DNA of 57,375 bases, filler included, from Sphacelaria rigidula (taxonomy: Eukaryota), in assembly GCA_964200075.2 (NCBI GenBank). It is 8 parts of 8 records of this genome, joined end to end, with 100 filler letters (N's around TTAATTAATTAA, not from the genome) between each part and the next. Parts side by side here need not be neighbours in the genome. Positions count along the whole stretch, not along the records: positions 21,556 to 28,639 come from CAXNAA020016570.1; positions 28,740 to 35,823 come from CAXNAA020016571.1; positions 35,924 to 43,007 come from CAXNAA020016572.1; 5 more parts are not named here. One strand, written 5' to 3'. A program made the position numbers and the translations under genes. Below are positions 24,132 to 36,016 of the stretch, piece after piece (the first letter of the stretch is position 1; every line of letters starts with the position of its first letter). Below the pieces are notes generated by a model. The model was not told the DNA's origin, ran no database searches, and worked only from the letters and a program-made list of their open reading frames with translations.

Positions 24132-27100
24132 CGCGTGATAAACCGCGTAACCCTCAAAGCACTTGAGATAAATTGCAGACATGATGCGAAAAAGAACCAC
24201 AGTAAACGCCGACAAGATACGACACAGAGGTGGCCTAGTCCTTTAGGGCACGGGAATAAAAAACAAGCAGCACCGCTACCCACTCCATCCGCAAGACAAC
24301 TTGTACTTATCGTGACGACCGCCCCGGTGGATGCTAATGGGACGTTCAGCTGCATCACCGATCATCACACCTCCCACATATTATAACGTCGCTGTACTGT
24401 TGTCTCAAAAACTACAGTGGCGGTTTGCTCATGAGAAGTGAGATTGTAAGATCAGGCTGAGATTTCCTCCCAAGTATACTGTACAGAGAATGCTGTCAGA
24501 ACAACAGTCGAGTACAGTCGGACAGTTTTACCGTACAGCGTATTATACGCACGCAAAAAAGCGCATCAGTGTTCGTTTCTTTGCCACAATTTGCCGAAAG
24601 GATGCAAAGCACATGGATAGTCGGGCGCCGCAGCGGGTTGCCGAAGGGACAGCGTATTAAAAAAAAAACATGACGCAGTATAGATGGGTGTACGTACTAT
24701 ATCCACGTATTGCTGCTATCCACGCGATGGTAAGTCATGATTCAGGCGACGCGCTTAATTTTACCCTTCCGGAACCGTTGATGGAAAAGTGACGATTCAC
24801 AATTGAAGTTTCCTTGGGCAAGATATGGTTGTTGTTTTTTTGCAATTGTTGATGATGCAGCCCACCAAAACGGTGTGCGACTCTAAGTTCAAGTATATAC
24901 TAATGTGACATATTCGTGCACCGAACTCCAAGTCACGTTTTCCCGGTGACGAAAGTTCGCATATGGGAGTTGGTAAATCGCCACTTCTCCATCAACGCAT
25001 CCGAAAGGGTTCATAAATTTATTTCGATTGATTGATTAATTGTCTCAAATTGACTGATTCTTCAAGGGTCCAGTCGTGGTGACATTACAGACGTACCGGA
25101 GATGTACACAAAGCGGCAACACTCGTTGAGTACGATAAAAAGGTGACAAAACAAGAAGGTAGAACTACAGTACTGTACTGTACGAAAAATGCCATGCTGA
25201 ACTGTGCTGTTGGCGAAAAACTACTCAAAAGGAGACGATATGCCGTAAAGTCCGTTTGCTGCGGGAATATGCCGAACATTAAAAATAATTACGCGTCAAA
25301 AAGGAACATGTACGTCTGCATTGGCATGTTATACTCGTTTTGGGAATAAGAACGCTGTCAGCTGAAAAATGTATACGACGTACAAAGATGTTATTGTTGA
25401 TTTTGTCATGAAATATTCCCTCTGGTGGGGTAAGTTATGATTTCACATCATGTAATATTTTTGCCTTCGTTTGAATGGAAAACAGCATTTACTTCGGCCA
25501 AAAACAACCACTTCAAAATCCACTTCATTACGGCAAAAAGAACTAGTGCACGCTACATACACATTATACAATACATACATACTTCTTACATACATAACCT
25601 GCGTACAACGCGAAAACAAAACACGATCAACTAATGACAAATACCCCCCCCACACACAAGAAACCTGGAGACCGGGAACAACTAAACGATCGACACGAAA
25701 GGTCACAGACGAAACACACCTTAAACGCGGGATATAAGGCGTTCGCGATGGCCTCTTCCATCTCTTGACCAGTTAGCTTGTCTCGATTTTCCACGTAGAG
25801 GGCACTGCAACGGTGTACGGGTCTGGTGCGGGACATACTGCCGTTAACCTGCACCCCGAATATCCTCAGGGCTTCCATGTTGGCCTTCGCAAACCCGCCG
25901 TCGTCTTTGAACGTTATAAATCCTGACGGATCGCGGCCAGAGATTTTTGAACAACGTAAGTGAATTAATGACAATACAGTGATAGTGATGGATGATGGTG
26001 GTGGTAATGATGATGATGATGATAATGATGATGATAATGATGATGATGATGATGATGATAATAGTGATAATAGTGACGACAATGATGATGATGATGATGA
26101 TGATGATAATAATAGTGATAATAGTGACGACAATGATGATGATGATGATGATAATGATGACAACGATGATGATGATAATGATAATGATGATAATGATTAC
26201 GACGACGATGATAACAATAATAACACTAATAGCGAATACAATAGGAATGACAACAGCAATAGCAATAGCAACAGCTATAAAACAAAAACAAAAAAAACAA
26301 TAACAATAACAATAACGATAACGATAACAAAAACTATAGGGTCTTGCTATTTACGTCAACGTTGACGTAATCTGTTACATCCGTCAACGTTCAGCATCCG
26401 TCCCACAAGCCCCGCATGGACACAGCAACGTATGGAAAACACTCACAGTCTCTAGCTATCGTTCAAGCCATCGCACGGAGCAAACGGATCCGTAACGGAT
26501 GAGATACATGCATGATGCATGGTGGCATGCCACAAGAGTGCTCACTCTGCTATAAGCATGTATCTCATCCGTTACGGATCCGTTTGCTCCGTGCGATGGC
26601 TTGAACGATAGCTAGAGACTGTGTGAGTGTTTTCCATATATTGCTGTGTCCATGCGGGGCTTGTGGGACGGATGCTGAACGTTGACGGATGTAACAGATT
26701 ACGTCAACGTTGACGTAAATAGCAAGACCCAAACCTATAATAATCATATAATGAACAAAAAAGAACTATATCAAAAATGGAACAGTCACCAAAAATCTGC
26801 CCCTAACTCGATAAGAAAAGATTACCGGTTTTACTTGATTGGATGCATTGCGTCATATGATATTCCCTCCTCTGCTACGAACCCACCCGTAGGCACAAGA
26901 TGGACGCACTCAAAGGCAAACAACGGACGCACTCGGAGGAAGAGACCCAGCCAGTAATCGTCTGTATCCACTTTTCATACGCATGTAGACAGTGTGTGCA
27001 TGCTTGTGTATGTATGAGTGTGTACCGTTACGCACCGTGAGTGGTACTATGAGCCTCGGGGGTGTAGCCTCTGGGGGTGTACCGAAAATCCTTCCGCCTC

Positions 27101-27178
27101 TTTCCAACCGAGTACTCCTCCGCCACGTCCTGTAGATGCAGGGGATGGTACAGGGACACCTTCTCCACTTCACCACAC
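23657..27178 (-). CDS. RNA-recognition-motif (RRM) protein, internal exons only
   Basis: Phase-compatible GT-AG exons 27178-27036, 25922-25720 and probably 23698-23657 give CGEVEKVSLY..THGFITFKDDGGFAKANMEALRIFGVQVNG..ALYVEN.. This is an RNP1-like HGFITF followed by an RNP2-like LYVEN of a second RRM. Start and stop not located. Confidence 0.6.
24077..24135. repeat. (TG)n(CG)n dinucleotide microsatellite
   Basis: Direct inspection. Confidence 0.95.
24764..25009. mobile_element. piggyBac-like MITE (degenerate) in an RRM-gene intron
   Basis: About 37-bp imperfect TIR CCCTTCCGGAACCGTTGATGGAAAAGTGACGATT / AATCGCCACTTCTCCATCAACGCATCCGAAAGGG, flanked by TTTA and TTCA (decayed TTAA). Confidence 0.6.
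25978..26335. repeat. compound (GAT/AAT/AAC)n microsatellite, intronic
   Basis: Direct inspection; it accounts for the poly-D, poly-M and poly-S ORFs in the track. Confidence 0.95.
26339..26730. mobile_element. Mutator (MULE)-like MITE with near-perfect about 170-bp TIRs
   Basis: GGGTCTTGCTATTTACGTCAACG...CGTTGACGTAAATAGCAAGACCC, with 9-bp flanks AAAACTATA / AAACCTATA (TSD with one mismatch). Long TIRs, G-start and a 9-bp TSD fit Mutator. Confidence 0.85.
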
Positions 27179-27240
27179 CTGATACGAACAACAGAGGGAA
27201 AGGGGGACGGACTATTACTCGCAATTACAACCATATTCGT

Positions 27241-27634
27241 TAGAGCTCGGAAATGGTTTGCCTAACCATTAACCAGCTGAATAGTTACGCGTAGCGGACT
27301 CATTAACCAATTAAATGGTACATAACGTTTTGGTCATCCAGCGGCGCAGCCGCCAGCCAAAAAGCCTCCCCCGGCAGAGGGGGCGCCTCTGGAGGGTCCT
27401 GCTGGAGGCGCCGTGCCGGAGGCACGTTAATACGCGGTTTGGCTTCACGAGAGCTAAAAAATACGTCAAATTTGGGCCAATTTTCGAGGGCTGTACGTTG
27501 CATACGTAGCCGGTAACGGCTTATGGAGTCGGTAACAGTAAATAATGGCATTATCCAAAAAATTCATACAACCATTACCATTATCACCATTATAATGATA
27601 GTGGCCAGATATAACTGGTACCATTTCCGAGCTA
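27241..27634. mobile_element. hAT-like MITE
   Basis: TIR TAGAGCTCGGAAATGGT ... ACCATTTCCGAGCTA, with an exact 8-bp TSD ATATTCGT at 27233-27240 and 27635-27642. Confidence 0.85.
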
Positions 27635-27669
27635 ATATTCGTGAAATGAGAGAGAGGGATTCACAATAC

Positions 27670-28108
27670 AAGTAATGGCGATAGTACCCGGAAGATCAGC
27701 GCGACAGAGAACATGATCTTCCTCAGCGGAGAGACGAACATGTCACTAGGGATTGCTGTGTTGTCGTCCCATCTATTCTGGACGACGGTCTACACCCTTC
27801 GGTATATGTGGGCGCATCAGCCAGGGTCACACACAGAAGGGGGACTAACACAAGAGTTTTTTTTTTCTTTATTTTAGTTCTCCACCTTCCTTCTGCGGTT
27901 CTTGCCTATATTTTTTATAGCGAGAGGGGTTCAGCAGTCCGTTTCCCTCGTCGACCACGAAGTCAAACTTTGTGCACTCACGACATAGTCGTTCTCCACC
28001 GTTGGGCATTGAGTGAGACAAAATTCCAGATCGCTCCGAGATTCAAACCCACGATCCAACCGTCAGAACGTTTCGAGGTCACCAACTGAGGGCCACCGGA
28101 GCGACCGT
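27670..28108 (-). mobile_element. tRNA-derived SINE-like element
   Basis: The minus-strand head CGGTCGCTCCGGTGGCCCTCAGTTGGT..GTGGGTTTGAATCTC has A-box and B-box-like motifs. The body segment TGTGTGACCCTGGCTGATGCGCCCACATATAC..AGAATAGATGG recurs on + at about 36030-36100. 3' boundary approximate. Confidence 0.65.
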
Positions 28109-29507
28109 ACTACATGTCGATTGTCGATTCCCATCTTCGTGAAGGCGAGTTGCAGGCTCCAACCCGAACTGAGAGTAAACGCGGGATCCTGCAAAAATGG
28201 GAACGACATATTTTCTACGGGAACAAACTGAGGTCGAAATCGTGTACGATATTGCAACTGATACCCTCGAAGCATACTCTTGAACCCTTCAAAGGTACGT
28301 TTGATGGGTACCAGTTGCAGTATTATAAACAGTTGGTTCAAGGTTACGTTCGGCGAGTGCCAGTTGCAGCACCGCTTCACCCTTTTGGGACCGGGCCTCC
28401 AGAACGACCAATGAGGCTGGTTAGGAATGACGTGTCTGGCGTCTGCACGAAACAGTGGCGTGTTGCTGGAAATCCGTGTATGTAACCGCAAGACCGAGAG
28501 TTTCATCCAATCTTTTTTCAGGTGCAGGGTGCGCATTAGGTAGTGTACATCTGATGTAGCAAGCAGTATGGGTCGGGGCAGAGAGGTGTCAACAGGATGC
28601 GGCGACCGGCGGGCCTGCCGCCACTTGTGGCTTTGGATGNNNNNNNNNNNNNNNNNNNNNNNNNNNNNNNNNNNNNNNNNNNNTTAATTAATTAANNNNN
28701 NNNNNNNNNNNNNNNNNNNNNNNNNNNNNNNNNNNNNNNAAGGCCTACTGGTTATCTTGCATTCGGATGACGGCCTACAATGCGTTTGCTTCATTTTCTG
28801 GTATCGCCACTTCCAGGGACAGCCACGGCTTATCCATTACCTCGTGGGTGTCTCACCATTCACACACTACGTAGCACAACAATCCCACGCCACACATGAT
28901 GTAGCTCGACTACCATCATGGTAACCGCAACAAAACGCAAGCGCGCGGAAAAAAATCGGTAACCGGGTTGCCTAGCATACGCAGTGAACGGCGTGTTTTA
29001 TAGCGTCATCGCCAACCGATGCCAACCCCCATTGGGGATCCGCCCCCACAATTTTCCAAGGGGGGGGGGGGGAATCAGGCGTGCGCACTTGACGACAGAA
29101 AACAGAGGTTTCCTGTATTTCGGATGACGAGATAGATCAGTGCGCGCTTTTTGCTTACTAGGCCTTAGTCTGCGTGTGTTTCATGTTGATAATTCGTCAT
29201 TTGCGATGTTTTCATTCACAAATCTGCTTTGCTGCAGGCAAAGTTATACTGCAGGTGAATCGAGCATGAATACGTACCGTTCACCGATTTTACCCATGTC
29301 TTGGATCTTTTCCCCATAGCTTTGATGTAAAAAGTTGATGTCTTGTGGCACGTACATTCAACGTCACACGCTTGCCGCATTTGAAGCACAACACTACTCT
29401 GGTGTGATGAGCTCTTGGGATAGCTTGAGCACCAGTACCTTTAGTACACATGCCCTTTGCCGTGCAAGTGTACCTGGGTGAGTAACGACCCACTCGATAG
29501 CGGTCTT

Positions 29508-29735
29508 GTCTAGTGCGGGATCTCACTACAAATTGGTTTCTCTCTTGCGGAGTCCCACTACAACGCAATTCTCTCTAGTGCAGGGTCCTGACTACAATGT
29601 AGTTCTCCTCAGCGCGTGGCTTCTCTACAATGCGGTTTTCTCTAGTTCGGGGCCCCACTATAATAGTGTGGTTTTCGTCACTGCGATCTCATTGTAATGC
29701 GGTTTTTACTCGTCGGCGGTCACACTATAATGCCG
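29508..29735 (+). repeat. about 33-bp degenerate minisatellite, about 7 copies
   Basis: Recurring ACTACAATGCGGTTTTCTCTAGTGCGGG-like unit. Confidence 0.75.
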
Positions 29736-30112
29736 TCACAAAAAATTCTCACAATTCACGTCCGGTTTACCGACATCAAGTGATTGCTTTGCATCGGTAT
29801 AGTGGCGGGTCCCAGCATCGTGCGGCCATGACGATTCACCACACCATGTTTAGGCCCCGCTAAATTTCTGTGCCATGGTGGTGAGTCGTCGGACTACTAG
29901 ACGCCCGCTCCTTCGTGTTCAAGTGCCGCAGGATTTCTGTTGAGGAGTATTTTCGCTCAGGGTAATCAAACCGCCGGCCTCGAAATTCTATGTGGACGAT
30001 TCCCTGCACTGCCTGAAGTCCGTATTTTGTGTAAATGGGAAGTGTGAATCGATCACATGGGTGTGTGATGGTTCGCGGATTTATTTTTGGTCCTGGACGC
30101 GTTTCACATTTA

Positions 30113-30574
30113 GGCCGCTCCTTGTAACAGACAAAAATAAAGATCTGGGAAGGTGCATTTCCGAGTTCCCAAGTCGTTTCACGCCTCAAAAGAGAGCCAG
30201 ACGGAGTTTGACAACTTGGAACGAATGACTTGCTCTACTTGTTGAGGCGGTTCCAGGACATTTTGCCATTTTCCGGTGACCGCAATTTTCATTTTGGCCA
30301 ACAAGAATTTTTGTCCAAGAACGGTAAAGAACGATCAAGTCTAGATACAAGTGGCGATTTTTTCTAGATTTGACTGTTTTTTACCGTTCTTGGACAAAAA
30401 TTCTTGTTTGGCCGAAATGAAAACTGCGGCCACCGGAAAATGGAAAGATATCCTGGAACCGCCTCAACTAGTAGCGCAAGTCGTTCTAGCTCTCTTTTGG
30501 AGCGTAAAACGACGTGAAAGCTCCAAAAACGCTCTTTCCCAGATTTTTAGTTTTGTCTGTTATAAGGAGCGGCC
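30113..30574. mobile_element. PIF/Harbinger (Tourist-like) fold-back MITE
   Basis: TTA|GGCCGCTCCTTGTAACAGACAAAA ... TTTTGTCTGTTATAAGGAGCGGCC|TTA: 3-bp TTA TSD, and the arms pair over nearly the whole length. Confidence 0.85.
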
Positions 30575-31799
30575 TTATACGAACAACATGAATACTTTTG
30601 CAAAGAAGTCAGAAGATTTCGGCAACGACGAAATACTCTCTTGAAAAATTCATCATCCTCGTGTGAGAATCAAATTTGCTTGTGTGTGTGTGGTTTGGGA
30701 TGGGGATTGGCATGGGTATTTCACGAAGAATCGCACACGGTCAATTTATGAACCTGAATTGTGTTAGTTTTTGTGGCTTCAATGAAGACATGGCTTGAAA
30801 ATATCGTTAGTCAGGAGATGTCAAAGATGAAATGTTTTTTGACGGCAACGCCGGCACACAGTACTAGAAAGAGAGACGGAATTTGGGTTGCTTTTTTTTT
30901 GCGGGTGGCGATTCGTTTCTCGACACGTGATGCAGCCTGAAAGCGTGTAAAACCAAACAGCTTTGCTGTTCTTGTACGTACATGATTTTGTCCTTGCATT
31001 TGGTGCTGTCGAATCCTGTCGTGCATGTGCCCTGTTCATTCCCCGTCCATGTCGCCGTGGTGTATTCCAGTCGGATTCGCTTTCACTGCCTTGCCCTGTG
31101 TGTTTCCAAGGTCGGCGTGATGTTGGTACGCTAAATGCTCAGTTTGATCAGATATCCTGAATTAGTTCAGGCTTCTTTTTTTTCTTCTTCACCCTGCATT
31201 AGTTCGGGCTTGTCTTCTTTTTTTTTTGTTCATTCCCCAGGAACCGAAAAATGCTCCGAATCCCAGGGGCTCCGGAGTATGATACTCCTCCGTATTTATA
31301 ACCCCCAACATACCGTCGCTGTTGTTTCTTGCATCATTTTTATTGTTTTGACTATTTCAAGGATTGGACAAAGAATAGTTCGTCTGGAAATTACTTGGTT
31401 TTGGTATTATGAGTCGACTCATGACGAATCCATCCCTAGGCTTGATATAAGCGTTGCAACCCAGGTACACGCAGCACGGACACGTGCAGTGGCGCAAAAG
31501 TTGCGTGGATACCCCTTGGACCAGCGGTCAACTTTTTTTTTCTCCCTTTTGGACAATCAGGCCGAAGGAATCGTGAATTTGGTGATTTTGAGTCGTGATG
31601 ATTTGCCCTAACCGTGGACTATTTGCGAATGCATGAAAGACCCCTAACGCCGCCGGTCCGGATGTCGGACATTTCCCCTCCCCCCCTCCCCAAATGCAAT
31701 CGACGGATCCCCTCCGCAAGCAGGGTGTGAATTGCAACATGCCCCCTCCGCTCCCGAAATTGCGTTACCGTACCTCTATCGGCTGAGAACTTTTTCCAG

Positions 31800-32177
31800 G
31801 CCCAGCATAACGTGAAGAGTGCGGAAAAAACCATGCCCACGTCGGTTTCTGGGCCTAGAGCGATCGCAGGAATGATCTTTGGGAAGTTGCGGACGCCGGA
31901 GGGAACGCCTCCTGACGGTGGTGTCGCGCAGATGCCAGCAGAAAAATGGAGGATGATTCCAGCCGGTACCGGACAGTTAGTCGAGGAAGGGCACATTTTA
32001 CCGAGGAGCGGTTCCGGATCAATCTTCGGGGAACCCAAGATGCTTCCGAGGACCGGTTCCGGACCGATCCTCGTATCTGAGCGGAAAACGACTCCGGAGA
32101 GGAGACCCCTGTCGCGGAGTTCTTCCTTGACGCCGCTGCGGCCCACTCGACGGCCAATTGATGTTTGCCCTGAGTAA
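31800..32177 (+). CDS. possible terminal exon of an uncharacterised protein
   Basis: A TTTTTCCAG acceptor precedes an open frame AQHNVKSAEK..DVCPE-stop that contains an internal peptide duplication (ILPRSGSGSI / MLPRTGSGPI). Upstream exons not confidently found. Confidence 0.35.
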   Translation, partial: AQHNVKSAEKTMPTSVSGPRAIAGMIFGKLRTPEGTPPDGGVAQMPAEKWRMIPAGTGQLVEEGHILPRSGSGSIFGEPKMLPRTGSGPILVSERKTTPERRPLSRSSSLTPLRPTRRPIDVCPE

Positions 32178-35100
32178 TGTGGTGTTCACCGGGGGTGTGG
32201 CTTGCTGGAGGAGCGTGTAACTGGAATGACGCGTAACCGTTGGATTTGTGTCTTTTTCTGGAACACGTAACGGTCGAAACGTTTTTCACCGAAACATCTC
32301 CCCGCCGCAGAATGTCCGAGCACTGCGGGAAAATATACGTTTTTTCTCCCCGACTGCTCAAAGCCCGGCAAGATACGGGATTTTGTTGCCGCACTGAGAT
32401 CTGTCCCCGGATTTTTTTGCGGATGTATCGAGAAATCCTCGATTGTGCTCGTGCATGTGAACGTCAGACATGTTGGAGGGCCCTGCTCACCCCCTCCCCT
32501 CCCCTAACCGAATCTGAATCTTCATATCGGAATATTTTGGCTGTGGTCTTTCGGGAATACGGCACACGTATTTCCGATTTGTGGGAGCTTTTGTTTTTCG
32601 GCACCATCTCTCCTGGCCGATTGCCGGGGGAAATTTCCCCATCGTTATTGTCGAGATTTACGGGAATCCAACCGAAAATATAGTGTTTCAACCGGGTGAT
32701 GACGGATTTACGCTGAGTAGTTTTATTCGGGGAATTTCGTGGTTGCTCCTTATTTCCAACATTTGTGCTGTGGCCTCTGGACGGGGGGGGGGGGGGACGG
32801 AAGAGTGGCGGGGATGCCTAGTACGGTGCCTTTCAGATAAAGGTCCAAACGGCGTCTTTCTTGCCGTGAAGTCTTGCATTTATTTTCTGCCATGTACATT
32901 TTGTGTTGTTTCTTGTGGTAGGGGTGTGTGTGTGCAAACACTGGAGTAGGGGTTGAGGCCGGCCGGTGGGGGGGCAAAGGTCGATCTGTGGTAAATGAAA
33001 CTTCTGCCCGTTTGTGCACGATGCACGGGTGGTGTGTGTGTGTGTGTGTATGCGTGTATGCGTGTGTGTGTTGGAAGTTGGCATGCACCTGGGTATTTCC
33101 TGTGTGAGGGTGGATACATGTGTTTTGATTTTCGTGTTCCCGGAGAAATTAATGTCTTGTTGTTTTGTGGTTTTGGCTTTTTGGCTTGCTTGTTTTACGG
33201 TGTTTACTGCGTTATGTTGATTGATGGCGGTATGATGGAAGACGACCATATGCGCTAACATTGCGGTTTCCTTTTGTGCCGTTGCGCTTGTTCGGGGTCA
33301 TGGTACAACTAGAGTGGGGTGACGATCGGCTTGAGGATGGGGGACAAACTAGTCCTGATTTCCGAAGGTAGTTGGGGGGATGATGATGTTGAGCCCGGTC
33401 TCTTTTTTTTGCCTTCTTTTTTTGGGATCTGTTTGTCTTGATGGGTGACGACGTCTCGTGAGGTCAAGAGTAGAGTGCTGATCGAGAGAAGCTTTGATTA
33501 TTCGCTTTCACTTGACCATTTTTTATTACGTGTGTGCTTTTCTTCGCTTGCCATCACTGGCGTGTGCTCACAAGCTACACGTTGATATCCTACTCGGAGA
33601 TATCGAGGGCCTCAGGGGCAAACTACTAGAGAAAGCATATCGGGCGTCGTGGAGGGGCATTTCGGAACTGAAACGATTTACTCACCCTTTGACCGCTTGT
33701 CACTCTCGATCTCACGAAAACATTGCTGGGTGTTGATCGATTGCCTGCAGCACGGCATTGGACCACGGCGTACAGTAGTGATACGCTGAGATAGAACGGC
33801 AGTGGACGCGCTTGGAAAGGATAAATCCGAGTCGCCGGAAATCACCGTGGATTCACATCAGTTTCGCGATCCAGTGTTGTCTATGCTCTCTGCCTATCTA
33901 CTTGTAACGTCTTTTTGATTGATACACACGAAAGGACATAACCCGACGGTTTCCACTGAGAAGGAGGCATTTGTCGAACTGGGTCAGGACTAGGCGACAG
34001 TTTTGATTGCAGCGTGTCGGTGGGCGCCGTTTCTACTCAGTCGGCCGGGACGTTCCGGAATGTTGGAACGGGTCGAATTACAGCGACACGCAAGTGTTTT
34101 GGAAATACGTCAACATGGTAGTGGTTGAGTGTTTTATGGGGGAAGTCATTGTTGGATTTCATCAAGGCGGTTCCGGAACATCAATGGCGAGCTTGGGTTA
34201 TGTCGTTTGTCCAGAGTGTTGTCACGGTACGCTTTTTTTATGCGGAGAGACCATGGGCCGCTGTTTCCTTTGACCATCAAGATTGCGGTGCTGTTACAGT
34301 GGTGGTTTTAGGATGCCATCGATTTTTTTTTTAATTGCATCAAGAGGTGGAGATTGTGGAGAAGTGCAGGAAGCTCTTGCTTTGTTCCTCATGGGGAATG
34401 TATTTTAAATATACTTTTCTGCTGCGGGCAGGTGATGAGGATGTCTCCCGTGACTAGCGTTACTGTTTGGTAGCTTGTTTTTCCACGAAAGTTGTTCTTT
34501 TTGTCTGAGTCGAGTATATGAGGGTCATTTATTTGGATGTGTCGGATATTCGTTGTTTCATTTTGGCGGAATCCCCTCGATAACAGGATGTGGAGTCGAT
34601 AGACCAGGGATGAATGATGCTTGCCCTAGCCAGTGAATCTTCTCGAGGAATGAAAAGTACATTCGACATCGGCGACCGGCGGGGTTGATTTGTCCCGTGT
34701 ACTGTCGTTGGGCATGGTTGACAGGATGTGCTGGAATATCGTTCTCTCAATCTGCCATTTTATCGCAGTGAAGGCAGATGCTTGGTTGGTCGTCACTTCA
34801 AAACAATCTCAGGGTTGGTGTCCATGCACGGGTCGAACGGAACGGGACGGAGGCTGGGCGTCGTTGCTGGCGTACGCTGTGCTATGACACCACTATGACG
34901 TGTGTTTGAGACATGTGTTATTCCTGTTTGATGGTGTGTGTTGCCAAGGTGAAATGGACTAATCCGCGCGGGGGCGGAGGGCGGGGGGGAGGCTTCACGG
35001 TCAAACTCTCGTCGTCGCTGGATGAAGACAAAGTAGTCGAAAGAAGGGAGGAAGGAAATTATTTTTCTTGTTTTTTTTGCTCAGATAGATGTATTGATAA

Positions 35101-35936
35101 GGAATTACCCCCTTCCCATCCCACATTATGGGTTGCTGGGCGTGTTGTGCTACTATTCTGAGAAATGAACGCCTGAATATGTCCTATACTGCATTTTTAC
35201 TCGGAACTTGAGAGGGGGGAGGGGGATGTACTCATCATTAGGCATGACGCGGTCACAAAAAGACTGAACCTCGCCACAAGGGGGAAGAGCAGCCCGGGGG
35301 GGAGGGGAGTTCGTCAAGGATCATGAACAAACGCGCGAATACGGATATGTGCCGCGCGTGTGTACAGAGTTTTACCAGAAATATCATACGTCTTTTTTCC
35401 CAGAACAATATAATCCCTTCGAGAATTGGTAGTAGTCATTACATCGGGTAGTGCGTCCTCCGATCCGGGGTGTCGCTGCCCGTACGTTTATTTGTGTCTG
35501 TGTGTCATAAATATTTTTTTTCTGGTCGGTCGAGTACCGCTAGTTTTTTTTTTTTCCTCGTGTTCGTGCTATCGTCGTCTCCGATCATGCGTTCAAGGTT
35601 GGGTCAGCGCGCTGCATTATCACTGCCGTGTTGCACCACAAGCTACAGCACATTTGATAAGGCTATTTCCTGTGTTGCCCCGCGTCGTCGGCGGGACGTT
35701 TTCGCGCTGAGGGACATTCCTTGACGAAGGCAGGTCGCACCGTACGGGCGGTGTATCGCGGGGGGGGAGGGGGGGGGGGCTTCAAGGGATAGAGACGTTG
35801 ACGAACAACCCACTCGGCATGTGNNNNNNNNNNNNNNNNNNNNNNNNNNNNNNNNNNNNNNNNNNNNTTAATTAATTAANNNNNNNNNNNNNNNNNNNNN
35901 NNNNNNNNNNNNNNNNNNNNNNNGTAGTATATCTTT

Positions 35937-36016
35937 TGTTCAGGAAGCGAACAGTTTATCCATTGAACCAGTGAGCGCTCACTGGTTCAATGGATAAACT
36001 GTTCGCTTCCTGAACA
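35937..36016. repeat. perfect 80-bp palindrome without a loop
   Basis: TGTTCAGGAAGCGAACAGTTTATCCATTGAACCAGTGAGC followed immediately by its reverse complement; centre at 35976/35977. Confidence 0.95.

Noticed and set aside
25979-26365. Poly-Asp, poly-Met and poly-Ser ORFs
   Set aside because: Translations of an intronic (GAT)n microsatellite.
27990-28108. Functional tRNA gene
   Set aside because: The A/B boxes are degenerate, I could not fold a full cloverleaf, and the downstream body recurs elsewhere, as expected for a SINE.
29508-29735. CRISPR-like periodicity (also 53605-53835)
   Set aside because: Whole units are degenerate copies of each other with no unique spacers, no cas genes are present, and the context is eukaryotic.
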